From: an uncultured cyanobacterium
GTDB taxonomy: Bacteria > Cyanobacteriota > Cyanobacteriia > Cyanobacteriales > Nostocaceae
Direction of reading: 5' to 3'
Assembly: GCA_963740315.1 (NCBI GenBank)
Contig: CAVUDP010000002.1
Span: 2,304,001-2,368,000 of the forward strand
Length of the DNA: 64,000 nt
Shown piece after piece: positions 48,601 to 57,528 of the stretch. Numbering within the stretch: the stretch's first letter is position 1; every line of letters starts with the position of its first letter. The notes beneath the pieces are model-generated. The model was given only the letters and a program-made list of their open reading frames with translations, had not been told where the DNA came from and did no database searches. The position numbers were made by a program, and so were the translations under genes.

Positions 48601-51075
48601 TATGAATTTGGTTTACTAGGAGTTAATGTCAGCAATCAATTTAATAATCCTTCTTTGAAATGCAAAACATATTTTATTTTTTCAAGTTTTATCAATCATT
48701 GGTTCAAGCATATAAAATTAACCAACAAACTATTTGATCAAGCTTACCAATTTGGGTTAGATGCCGGAGAATTGCAATTTATTGGATATACTTTGTTTGG
48801 TAAGGCATTAAATCTATTTAATCAAGGTATTAATCTGATAGATATAAGTTCGGAATTGCCCGTTTTATTAGAATTTAGTTATAAAACTCAAAATCAGGCT
48901 ACGATTGATACCCTTACCGCTTATGATTTGATTTTACATAACTTACGCGGTATGACAGCAAATATATCTGAATTTTCCACATCGGAAATTTTTGATAAAG
49001 AATATTTACAAAGATGTCAGAAGAATCAATCTTGGATTGCTATTTGCTGCTATCAAATTATGAAATCTCAAGTTTTATTTATATATGGAGATTATCAAGA
49101 ATCCTTAAATTGTCTTTTATCTGCAAAAGAGTTTTTACCTTATGTAATGGGATTTGTAATTACAGCGGTACATAATTTATATTATTCGCTAAATTTAATT
49201 CAAATTTATGCTACCGAAACCAGACAAGAAAAAAACCAGTATTTGCAACAACTGCAAGAAAATCAAAAACAAATGAAAATTTGGGCAGATAATTGTCCGG
49301 AAAACTTCTTACATAAATACCTGTTAGTTGAAGCAGAATTTTATCGAGTTAACGATGAAAAACTATCAGCGATAGAATTATACGATCGAGCCATTGCATT
49401 AGCCAAAGAAAACGGATACGTCCACGAAGAAGCGCTTGCTAACGAACTCGCAGCTAAGTTTTACCTCGAATGGGGCAAAGAACAAATAGCCCAAGTTTAC
49501 ATCACTAATGCTTACTATGCTTACGCACGCTGGGGAGCAAAAGCAAAAATAAATAACTTAGAAGAAACACTACCTCGATTACTCACTTCAGTACTAGCTA
49601 CTAAAACAACTACTATCCAAGCAAAAGAAACCATTTTTCTAACTTCTGCTAGCACATCCACTGTTGCAGGTTCAACTGTATTAGATTTATCTACTGCGAT
49701 TAAAGCTTCCCGAATCATAAGTAGTGAAATTCAACTTGATAAATTAGTCAATGTACTAATGCAAGTAGTTTTAGAAAATGCAGGTGCCCAAAAAGGTGCG
49801 TTGATTTTAAATAAGAACGATACATTATTTATTGAGGCGATCGCAACGGTAGATGAGAAAAAATATACTCAACCAACGCTTCAGTTATCTCTTCTTGAAG
49901 AAAGCACGGAGGTTCCAATTTCCATAATTAATTATGTGAAAAACTCTCAAGAATGTTTAGTCATTTATGATGCGACAAAAGATATAAACACTATGGGAGA
50001 TTCCTACATACTCAAGGAAAAACCTTTAAGTTTGTTGTGCTTTCCCATTCTTCATCAAAGCGAACTAATTGGTTTAATGTATTTAGAACATCGTTTGATA
50101 TCAGGAGCATTTACAAGCGATCGCATTGAACTTTTAAATCTATTGTGTTCTCAAGCTGGAATTTCGTTGCAAAACGCCCAACTTTATCATCAAGCGCAAA
50201 GCTATGCCAAACAATTAGAATCTTCGCTGCATGAATTGAAAAATATGCAGTTACAACTTGTGCAAAGCGAAAAAATGTCCGCATTGGGTAGCTTAGTTGC
50301 AGGTATCGCCCATGAAATTAATAACCCCATCAGTTTTATCGGTGGTAATATCAAAATTGCCAATGAATTTGTCAAAGATTTATTTGGGCTGATTAATTTA
50401 TACCAAAATAACTATCCCAATCCAGTTAAAGAAATTACTAAAGAAATTGAAGCCATAGAGTTAGAATATTTGTATGAAGACTTACCTAAAGTAATTTCTT
50501 CAATGCAGCAGGGAGTCGATCGACTTTACGATTTAAGCATTAGCTTGCGTACTTTTTCTCGTGCAGATACTCAAAAGAAAGTTGAGTGTAATATCCACGA
50601 TTGTATTAACAGTACTTTGATTATTCTCAAACACCGACTTAAAGCTTCAAATACTCGTCCGGAAATAGAAGTTGTCATAGATTATGCCGATTTACCCTTA
50701 ATAAAATGTTTCCCAGGACAACTTTCGCAAGTATTTATGAATATAATTTCTAATGCAGTTGATGCGTTAGAAGAATCGAATTCCGGACTTAGTTTTGAAG
50801 AAATTCAAGCGAATCCCAACCGCATTACAATTGCAACTTCTTTAGCGAAGAATAAGCAAGTTTTAATTACCATTAAAGATAACGGTTCGGGGATGACAGA
50901 AGAAGTAAAGAAATCTATTTTTGAATATCTCTATACAACTAAACCCGTAGGTAAAGGAACGGGTTTAGGATTATCTATCGTTCATCAAATTATCTTTGAC
51001 AAACACAACGGCAGCATCGAAGTTAATTCTGCACCAGGGGAAGGAGCGGAATTTGTTATTAGTTTACCATTGTAA
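45610..51075 (+). CDS. Multidomain Ser/Thr kinase-AAA ATPase-GAF-histidine kinase (HstK-type)
   Basis: HKDIKPANIL, YISPEQTGR, GFSGIGKT, LDDLQW, FLHDRVQQAAY, GAF, IAHEINNP, DNGSGM, GKGTGLGL. Confidence 0.95.
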   Translation: MASPTVKLPGYKIEEEIYTSARTLVFQGQRESDRASVIIKVMRDDFPSFNELVLFRNQYIVTKNLNLNGIVKPFSLETYHNGYALIMEDFGGISLQQYLTVGEALKIISLNDFLSIATQIAGILDSLHRDRLIHKDIKPANILIQPDTKQVKLIDFSIASLLPRETQQLKNPNILEGTLAYISPEQTGRMNRGIDYRTDFYSLGITYYELLTGKLPFSGEDPIELVHSHIAKKAENIKVLNPEIPSVLSDLVAKLMAKNPEERYQTALGLKYDLEICAQAWKETGNIPPFELGTKDISDRFIIPEKLYGREAEVATLLAAFDRVAGVADNIDNQSKINSKSSTEIVLVTGFSGIGKTAVVNEIHKPIVEKRGYFIKGKYDQFNRHIPFSAFLAAFRDLMRQLLGESSSQLQVWKLQILNALGENGQIIIDVIPELEQIIGKQPLPIELSGNEAQNRFNLLLQKFIQVFSSHKHPLVIFLDDLQWADSASLNLIELMMSEADTENLLLVGAYRDNEVSRSHPLIKTLEIIRSNKATINTIPLSPLEKTHLNNIVVDTLQCSEALAFPLTDLIYQKTQGNPFFSNQFIKSLYEDGFITFNHNSDSSHGWVCDIAALRELALTDDVVEFIALQLHKLPLQTQKVLQLAACIGNQFDLNSLSIISQKSQVETAADLWKALQFGLILPTTEVYKFYQSEEINNNQEFTLGSEKLSVQYKFLHDRVQQAAYSLIPDEDKKSTHLTIGRLLLKNTSEAEKEDKIFDIVNHLNYGIELITHPLERETLAQLNLLAGKKAKTSTAYTAASQFLSIGMSLLNENSWEQHYYLSFNLYRERAEAEYLNGNFDVSQKIINKAISQVKTNVEKAELYILLVVQYTLDGKYFDSIQIGREALKLLEINLPVSNFDTELQADLKQVSDLLDVREISSLLCLPQMQDAAKIIACKILMNLDPPTYIGQVELYPIVSLKLVALSLKYGNISESAKGYSNYGVILGSILQNYQSGYEFGLLGVNVSNQFNNPSLKCKTYFIFSSFINHWFKHIKLTNKLFDQAYQFGLDAGELQFIGYTLFGKALNLFNQGINLIDISSELPVLLEFSYKTQNQATIDTLTAYDLILHNLRGMTANISEFSTSEIFDKEYLQRCQKNQSWIAICCYQIMKSQVLFIYGDYQESLNCLLSAKEFLPYVMGFVITAVHNLYYSLNLIQIYATETRQEKNQYLQQLQENQKQMKIWADNCPENFLHKYLLVEAEFYRVNDEKLSAIELYDRAIALAKENGYVHEEALANELAAKFYLEWGKEQIAQVYITNAYYAYARWGAKAKINNLEETLPRLLTSVLATKTTTIQAKETIFLTSASTSTVAGSTVLDLSTAIKASRIISSEIQLDKLVNVLMQVVLENAGAQKGALILNKNDTLFIEAIATVDEKKYTQPTLQLSLLEESTEVPISIINYVKNSQECLVIYDATKDINTMGDSYILKEKPLSLLCFPILHQSELIGLMYLEHRLISGAFTSDRIELLNLLCSQAGISLQNAQLYHQAQSYAKQLESSLHELKNMQLQLVQSEKMSALGSLVAGIAHEINNPISFIGGNIKIANEFVKDLFGLINLYQNNYPNPVKEITKEIEAIELEYLYEDLPKVISSMQQGVDRLYDLSISLRTFSRADTQKKVECNIHDCINSTLIILKHRLKASNTRPEIEVVIDYADLPLIKCFPGQLSQVFMNIISNAVDALEESNSGLSFEEIQANPNRITIATSLAKNKQVLITIKDNGSGMTEEVKKSIFEYLYTTKPVGKGTGLGLSIVHQIIFDKHNGSIEVNSAPGEGAEFVISLPL

Positions 51076-51345
51076 ATGCTGCTGAATGGGGAATAGGGAA
51101 TAGTTTTTTTTTCATACTCTCTAATCCCCTAAATAGGTAATCGCCTTCATCGGGAACGTAATAATTACCACTTCTGAATTCTTCATAATAAATTAAGTAA
51201 ATCTTCTGAAGATAAAAATAATATCTCAGAGCAACATATACTAATGCCTTAAATAAATCGGGTGCATCGGGAAAATCAAATACAGGGTTTACAGCTTCTA
51301 TCATCGCATCAATGCAAGAACATTTATTAAATACCTGTATTAAAT

Positions 51346-54300
51346 ATGAATTCAACAAATAATATGAATCACTCGGATAATCCGGTGAAGCAAAAAGAGC
51401 ATATGGATTTGGTGAATCTATCACAAAATTTGAACAATCCTGTAGTTGCAATTAACAGCGGTTCCTGGTTTAATCCTAATACTTGGCAAAATGGTAAAGT
51501 TCCCGGAAGTAGTGATGATGTAGTTATTTCCGAAGGGGTAAGGGTAACTTACGATGATATCAGCGACACCCGTTTAAATGTAATGCGGGTGGATGGGAAA
51601 CTAGAGTTTGCATCAAATCAAAATACAAAGCTAATTTTAGATAGTTTATTTGTTTCTAAGCAAGCTGAGCTATCTATTGGTACTGAAGATAATCCGATTC
51701 AAGCTGATAAAACCGCACAAATTATTTTTACTAGCGACACACCAATAGATACAAATTGGGATAAAAAACAATTAAGTCGGGGTTTAGTAAGTCACGGTAA
51801 AGTTGATATTTTTGGTGCTGATAAAACCGATTTTTTGACTCTTAAAAATGACGTTTTTGCTGGTACAAATCAATTGGTATTAGAAAGCGTACCTCAAGGA
51901 TGGCGAGTTGGCGATACAATTGTTGTTGGTGGAACTAAATACGATTACGACGGTTCGGATGATGATAATTCTCGCTTCCAAGATGAAGTTTTAACTATTA
52001 CCGAAATTAACGGCAATACAGTTAAATTTACTAATAATAATATTACTTCGGGTGATAACACCGTACTCCGTTTCGACCACAAAAGACCAGATATTGCCGA
52101 AAAAGATCGGTTAAATCTATACGTTGCAAATACCAGCCGTAACGTCAGCTTTGAAACCGAAAATGCCGATACTGTAGCCCTTTCACAACGCGCTCATGTC
52201 ATGTTCATGCACAATACAGATGTGCGCGTATACAATGCCGGGTTTTACGGTTTGGGGCGTACAGATAAGTCTATACCAGTAGATGATATCGGACAAAATG
52301 TAGATGGCAGCCCCGGTAACGGTACCAATGTTCGTAGCAGATATGCGCTACACTTTCACCGTGCTGGCTCTGAAGATATCAACGGTATGGCTGCGATCGC
52401 TAAAGGTAATGCAATTGTTGATTCTCCCGGCTGGGGAATTGTTCATCATGATAGTCATGCGATTATTGAAGACAACGTTGTTTTCGATGTTATTGGCTCT
52501 GGTATTATTACTGAATCTGGTAACGAAATTGGTGCTTGGCGAAACAATATAACAATTAAAACTGTAGGTTTTTCCGGCGATCGAAATGCCTTAGATCCAG
52601 ATTCTCCCAGAGTACTCAACTTTGATTTTGGCTTTGATGGCGAGGGTTACTGGGTACAAGGTGCGAGCGCGATCGCCATCGAAAACAACGTTGCAATTAG
52701 TGCTGCGGGTGGCGGTATTAACATATACGGCGGTAATGACGGCGGAGAATCGGTTAGAGATAAAAAGTTTATTGATGTCAAAAATTTACCTGACTATTTA
52801 AAAGACATTGCCAAAGGTACCGATGATGAAACAAAAGTAGATGTTGGTGCGGTACCATTTCAGCTATCCGGTTTTGAAAGTTATAATTCGCGAGATGGTA
52901 TTTTTTCTTGGGGAAAAGTACGCAACGATGACGGACAATTAGATAGTAATTTTGATTCTGAAGGTTTAAAAAGACCGGCTCATGAGTATATTTCAACTTT
53001 AAAAGATTTCAAGCTGTGGAATATTTATGAAAAGGGAATTGTATTATTTTATAATAACAACTTTGAGTTTAAAGATGGATTAATTGTTGGTGATAGCGTA
53101 GCAAATGACCGTCACGGACTTGGTATATTTACAAATCATGCTTCAAAAGAAGAAACTTTTGATAATTTAACAATAAAGAGATTTGCAGAAGGTTTAACAG
53201 TACCATTTGACGCTGGTAAAGACTTTATTGCTTCCGGATTTAAAAATAGTAGTTTTTCAGAAATCGATAATCTATTTGTTGCAACAGAACCTCCAAAACC
53301 CAGAGATAATTTTTTAGGAGAAATAGAAGATTTCCCCAGCTATTTCGAGATTTATAATACCGAATTTGCATCAGTAGCTGGTAATTTAGCACCAACACCA
53401 ATTTTTCAAACACAAGAAATTGGAGGTTATGCAGTACAGCTTGATGCGAGTGCTTCCTTCGATCGAGATACCGATGCAAAATTTAAGAATCAACCCAGTA
53501 AAGGTATAGTTGCTTATGGTTGGGATTTAAACAATGACGGCAATATTGATAAATTTGGTCGTAAGATAAATCATTACTTTGATAAAGCTGGTTTGCGCGA
53601 TATTAATTTAACAGTTTGGGATAATCGCGGTGCAACTAACACCATTACTCAAGCAATTAATATTCAACAAACAGCTTACAAAAATCCTTTAATTAACGGT
53701 GATTTTAGTTCTAATCAGTTAGGAGAAGATTACAAAGCTAACAGTACTGCTGCAAATCAAGGCTGGTTTGCAACTCCTGGAGCAAAACATAATTCCGGTG
53801 CAATTACAATGTCTGGAGAATTTGCTGCGGGCTTATCGCAGATTATTTACGACAAACAAATTACCAGAGGATTGCAAACGCTTAGTTTCAACCTGAAAAA
53901 TACCGAAGGTGGTTCCGAATCATTCCAGAAAAATAAAATTGTAGTAACTTTCTATGGTGTAAATGGAGAGTTTGACAACGATTTATATTTTGGTAAAGGA
54001 CCTAATCAAGTTGGTGTTTTACCGATGAATAGCATCAAATTATTAGAAGAAGACTTGGGAGATTCCGATTACGAGGAAATTATAAGAGATATAGATTTGG
54101 GAACTGGTTACGATTACTTAATGTTTCAAATTAATACCTCACAAGCAAACGATTCAGGTGATTTTATTGCTATAGATGATGTTGCAATAGTCGGTGAAGG
54201 TTTACCAATAGTTATTCCTGAAGAAATAATCTTACCAGAACTTATACAAGATCCATCAATTGATATTCCAGTTATTGATATTGCTGATAACCCGGACAAT

Positions 54301-55287
54301 TTAGGAACAACTCAGACACAAATAGTAGCTCAAAATACTCAAAACAAGGGAATATTTACTCTACCTGAAAATAAAAACCTCAAATTTAGCTTCGATCGCG
54401 TCGCAACTAAAAACGTCAGCGAAATTGGTTTATTTATAGTTGACGACGAAAACGGTAATATTAACGGTATCGCTCCAGATTCCCCCGATTATTTACAAGC
54501 AGCTTTAGTGCGATCGCAAGTAATCTTCTCAACAATTTCCAACCCTCCCAACGGATTTAACCGCAAAGATATTCAACGTATTCTCGAACTCGATTCTCAA
54601 AGACAATTCGGTTTCTACATCATACCCAACGGTAGCAGCGACACGGTAATTGCAGAAAACTTACCCGTATTATTTTCCAACACTTCACAGATACAGGTAA
54701 ATAACTTTGATCGAGACGGATTTAGCTTAAAATTATCAGAGCAAATATCATTAAACGTAAAATTCGCCGACGATATCCCCCCAGTTGGAACAAAATTACA
54801 ATCACAAAAAGAACTTATCGATCTACGAGATGAAGTAGGTTCAATATCAGTCAACATTGAAGTATACCGAGAAGCAGAATACGATAATGTAATCGGATTT
54901 TATCAGGTAGCTGACGTAGACGGTGGAATTGATATCACAGGAGACGGTATTGCAGATATCAATGTTGGGGAACAGGGATATAAAGAAGCAGCTTTAAATA
55001 ACCGGATTACAACTATCGATTTACTTAAAACCGAGAATCAGCAAACAGCATCCTACGACGGAATTTTAGAAGGTGGAAGTCTTATATCCTCCTTCATAAT
55101 TGTCGATGCAACCTTAGAAGAAGCCCTCAACGGCAACGTAGATGTTTACTTCTCACAATTAGGGGCACCTGGTGGTATGGATAGCGTAAGGATGTTGGGT
55201 GATAACATCTTTGGTTTTGAAGATTCGGGGAATGCTGGGGATTTTGATTATAACGACATGATTGTGAAGATGGATTTTGCTGTTTGA
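51346..55287 (+). CDS. Large G8-domain protein with beta-helix region, PKD-like domain and C-terminal DUF4114-like domain
   Basis: SGSWFNPNTW..VP..DDVVI G8 start; RAHVMFMH, RYALHFH; LDASASFD..YGWD..LTVWD PKD; FGFED..GDFDYND end. Confidence 0.85.
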   Translation: MNSTNNMNHSDNPVKQKEHMDLVNLSQNLNNPVVAINSGSWFNPNTWQNGKVPGSSDDVVISEGVRVTYDDISDTRLNVMRVDGKLEFASNQNTKLILDSLFVSKQAELSIGTEDNPIQADKTAQIIFTSDTPIDTNWDKKQLSRGLVSHGKVDIFGADKTDFLTLKNDVFAGTNQLVLESVPQGWRVGDTIVVGGTKYDYDGSDDDNSRFQDEVLTITEINGNTVKFTNNNITSGDNTVLRFDHKRPDIAEKDRLNLYVANTSRNVSFETENADTVALSQRAHVMFMHNTDVRVYNAGFYGLGRTDKSIPVDDIGQNVDGSPGNGTNVRSRYALHFHRAGSEDINGMAAIAKGNAIVDSPGWGIVHHDSHAIIEDNVVFDVIGSGIITESGNEIGAWRNNITIKTVGFSGDRNALDPDSPRVLNFDFGFDGEGYWVQGASAIAIENNVAISAAGGGINIYGGNDGGESVRDKKFIDVKNLPDYLKDIAKGTDDETKVDVGAVPFQLSGFESYNSRDGIFSWGKVRNDDGQLDSNFDSEGLKRPAHEYISTLKDFKLWNIYEKGIVLFYNNNFEFKDGLIVGDSVANDRHGLGIFTNHASKEETFDNLTIKRFAEGLTVPFDAGKDFIASGFKNSSFSEIDNLFVATEPPKPRDNFLGEIEDFPSYFEIYNTEFASVAGNLAPTPIFQTQEIGGYAVQLDASASFDRDTDAKFKNQPSKGIVAYGWDLNNDGNIDKFGRKINHYFDKAGLRDINLTVWDNRGATNTITQAINIQQTAYKNPLINGDFSSNQLGEDYKANSTAANQGWFATPGAKHNSGAITMSGEFAAGLSQIIYDKQITRGLQTLSFNLKNTEGGSESFQKNKIVVTFYGVNGEFDNDLYFGKGPNQVGVLPMNSIKLLEEDLGDSDYEEIIRDIDLGTGYDYLMFQINTSQANDSGDFIAIDDVAIVGEGLPIVIPEEIILPELIQDPSIDIPVIDIADNPDNLGTTQTQIVAQNTQNKGIFTLPENKNLKFSFDRVATKNVSEIGLFIVDDENGNINGIAPDSPDYLQAALVRSQVIFSTISNPPNGFNRKDIQRILELDSQRQFGFYIIPNGSSDTVIAENLPVLFSNTSQIQVNNFDRDGFSLKLSEQISLNVKFADDIPPVGTKLQSQKELIDLRDEVGSISVNIEVYREAEYDNVIGFYQVADVDGGIDITGDGIADINVGEQGYKEAALNNRITTIDLLKTENQQTASYDGILEGGSLISSFIIVDATLEEALNGNVDVYFSQLGAPGGMDSVRMLGDNIFGFEDSGNAGDFDYNDMIVKMDFAV

Positions 55288-55334
55288 GGAAATTGCCCGT
55301 AACCCTCACTCTAGAAGAGTGGGGCAAGTTTAAC

Positions 55335-55364
55335 GGTGTCAGAATGGCACCATTCAGTTAAAAT
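55335..55364 (+). promoter_or_regulatory. Putative operator palindrome and -10 box of the DUF1778 gene
   Basis: GGTGTCA-GAA-TGGCACC followed by TAAAAT. Confidence 0.4.
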
Positions 55365-55390
55365 AAAACAACATCATATTCTTTATATAT

Positions 55391-55678
55391 ATGCCTAACA
55401 GCCAAGAAAATACAGTACTAGTAACGGCTATAATTCCTACGAGCATTCAAGAAACTCTACAAAAAGCAGCAGAATTATCAGGTGCTACTTTGAATCAGTT
55501 TATGGTACAAGCAGCATTGAAAGAAGCAAAAAAAATCATAGAAGATGAAGGATTGATAGTTTTATCGGAAGTAGATGCTGTGATGGTATTTAATCTGATT
55601 GAAAATCTCCCTGCACCTAATAGGAATTTAAAAACAGCAAGAAAGAAACACGAGGAATTATTTAGTGAGAATAGTTGA
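55391..55678 (+). CDS. DUF1778 (TacA-like RHH) antitoxin
   Basis: LQKAAELSGATLNQFMVQAALKEAKKII..IVLS..LIENLPAPN..L. Confidence 0.88.
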   Translation: MPNSQENTVLVTAIIPTSIQETLQKAAELSGATLNQFMVQAALKEAKKIIEDEGLIVLSEVDAVMVFNLIENLPAPNRNLKTARKKHEELFSENS

Positions 55679-55714
55679 GTTATTAAACTTGAGTAATTCC
55701 TTATTTACCTCCAA

Positions 55715-56316
55715 TCAACCCTCCTTCACCATCCACACCAAAAAACCAACAATTGGCTCAATTGGAGGCAGCGAATAATCCATCAAATCTATAGTTACAA
55801 TTTGCCCTTCTAACTTAAAAAATCGCCATTGTGTTCCTTACTTACACAACCGTAAATAGTATTAATTAATTTTCCTCTAGCTTCATTAAATCGTTGTGCG
55901 GCTACCATTTCTGAAATACATTGTCCAATTCCAGATTTTAAGTCTGATTTTTTTGCTTCTACAATTACAATTGCAGGTGCTTCTACAGTTAATTGTTCGG
56001 GGGAACGACTAATTAAAAAATCACAAACTCCGTTTAACCCAACGCTAGCGTCAATGTTTAATTCTTCCCCAGAAAAAACGCTAATTTCTTGATTCAAAAT
56101 TCGTCGCACTTCTAAAAGTATCGGATTTATAATAACTTCAGAACGCGCTTTTTCTGTATCTACTGCTATAGCCCAAGGTAAATCTTCTAAAATTCCCTGC
56201 AATCTTGGACTGGGAGCAATAATTTCAACTGAATCTGGCAAAAACCTAACTCCTTCAACAGTTTTTAGACCAAAATCTTGTTTAACTTTGTCAATGGTAA
56301 ATTGGCTGTAAAGCAT
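55715..56316 (-). pseudogene. Frameshifted cyanobacterial PD-(D/E)XK-like (HsdR N-terminal-like) hypothetical gene
   Basis: EKARSE, GVCDFL, IVEAKK, GQC..EM; after YGCVS a shift near 55839 continues GTQWRFFKLEGQIVTID...MVKEG* to 55715. Confidence 0.7.
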
Positions 56317-56461
56317 AATTAAAATCTAATTTCGGTTGATTATAAGTGTTCGATCGCTCACTTACATTATCAAAACTAAACGGCGATTACCATTATTCCA
56401 AAAAGATAATTAAATTTTAATTTACAAATTTGGAAACAAAAATCCTGGGAGACGTAAAATT

Positions 56462-57391
56462 TTACGTCTCTACATTATTTAATATTTGCCCAAATCTTTG
56501 GTTAAATCCTTGAATTCCCTGCAAACCACCACTGTGAATTACCACAATCGTACTACCATCTTTAAACTTACCTTTTTCAATTTCATTCCATACCCCATAA
56601 AATAATTTACCTGTATAAATAGGGTCAATTTGTAACCGAAATTTTTCGTAAAAAGTGTTGATAAAATCGATTAATTCCTGATTCCATTTTGTATAACCAC
56701 CGAAGTGATAATCTGTCACTAACTGCCAATTTTCATATTTTTTACCCACCCATTCCCATATCAAATTATTAATTTCATCTTTAATAAAATCGCCCTTCAA
56801 CGCTGGGAAAACCTTTAAATAAGACATTCCAGCCAAACCAGTAACTAACCCCGCAGCGGTTCCACCCGTACCGCTACTTACACAAAAATAATCCGGTACG
56901 CGATCAAGTTGTTCTCTTACTTCTGCAACTATCTCTGCACAACCTTTAACCGCTAAAGCATTACTTCCACCTTCGGGTATTACATAACACTTCCCCAATT
57001 CATCCTGTAAACGTGCGGCTATTTCCGCTTTTTCTTCTCGATATGCTCGTCTTTCTACAAATACCAACCGCATTCCCTGCTGTTGTGCTAAATGCAAAGT
57101 TGGATTTAACGGCTTTACTAATTCCCCTCGAATAATACCAATCGTCTCAAAACCAAACATTTTACCCGCTGCGGCTGTTGCTGCAATATGATTGGAATAA
57201 GCTCCACCGAAAGTAAGTAAGCGTTTTTGTTGCTGCTCTCTTGCTGCTTGTAGATTATATTTTAATTTACGCCACTTATTACCAGAAACTTGTGGGTGAA
57301 TCAAATCATCGCGTTTAACAAATAGACGTATTCCGCGTTTTGTTAAGAATTCATTTTCAATAAGTTGCAGTGGGCTTAGTTGATTGAGCAT
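56462..57391 (-). CDS. ACC deaminase/D-cysteine desulfhydrase family PLP enzyme
   Basis: VKRDD, SGNKWRKL, GGAYSNH, IPEGGS, GTGGT, DPIYTGK, IHSGG. Confidence 0.9.
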   Translation of the reverse strand: MLNQLSPLQLIENEFLTKRGIRLFVKRDDLIHPQVSGNKWRKLKYNLQAAREQQQKRLLTFGGAYSNHIAATAAAGKMFGFETIGIIRGELVKPLNPTLHLAQQQGMRLVFVERRAYREEKAEIAARLQDELGKCYVIPEGGSNALAVKGCAEIVAEVREQLDRVPDYFCVSSGTGGTAAGLVTGLAGMSYLKVFPALKGDFIKDEINNLIWEWVGKKYENWQLVTDYHFGGYTKWNQELIDFINTFYEKFRLQIDPIYTGKLFYGVWNEIEKGKFKDGSTIVVIHSGGLQGIQGFNQRFGQILNNVET

Positions 57392-57528
57392 GAATTAATA
57401 GACATTGAAAAAAAATATCTTAGTGTTAATTAAAATAGTGTTATTTAATCAAAAAAAGCGAGCAAGATGCTAATCAAAAAAAGCGAGCAAGATGCTCGCA
57501 CTACTTCTAACTCCTAACTCCGGTGATC

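Noticed and set aside
51059..51451. 130-aa minus-strand ORF between the kinase and the G8 gene
   Set aside because: Overlaps both flanking genes on the opposite strand, with no motif or RBS
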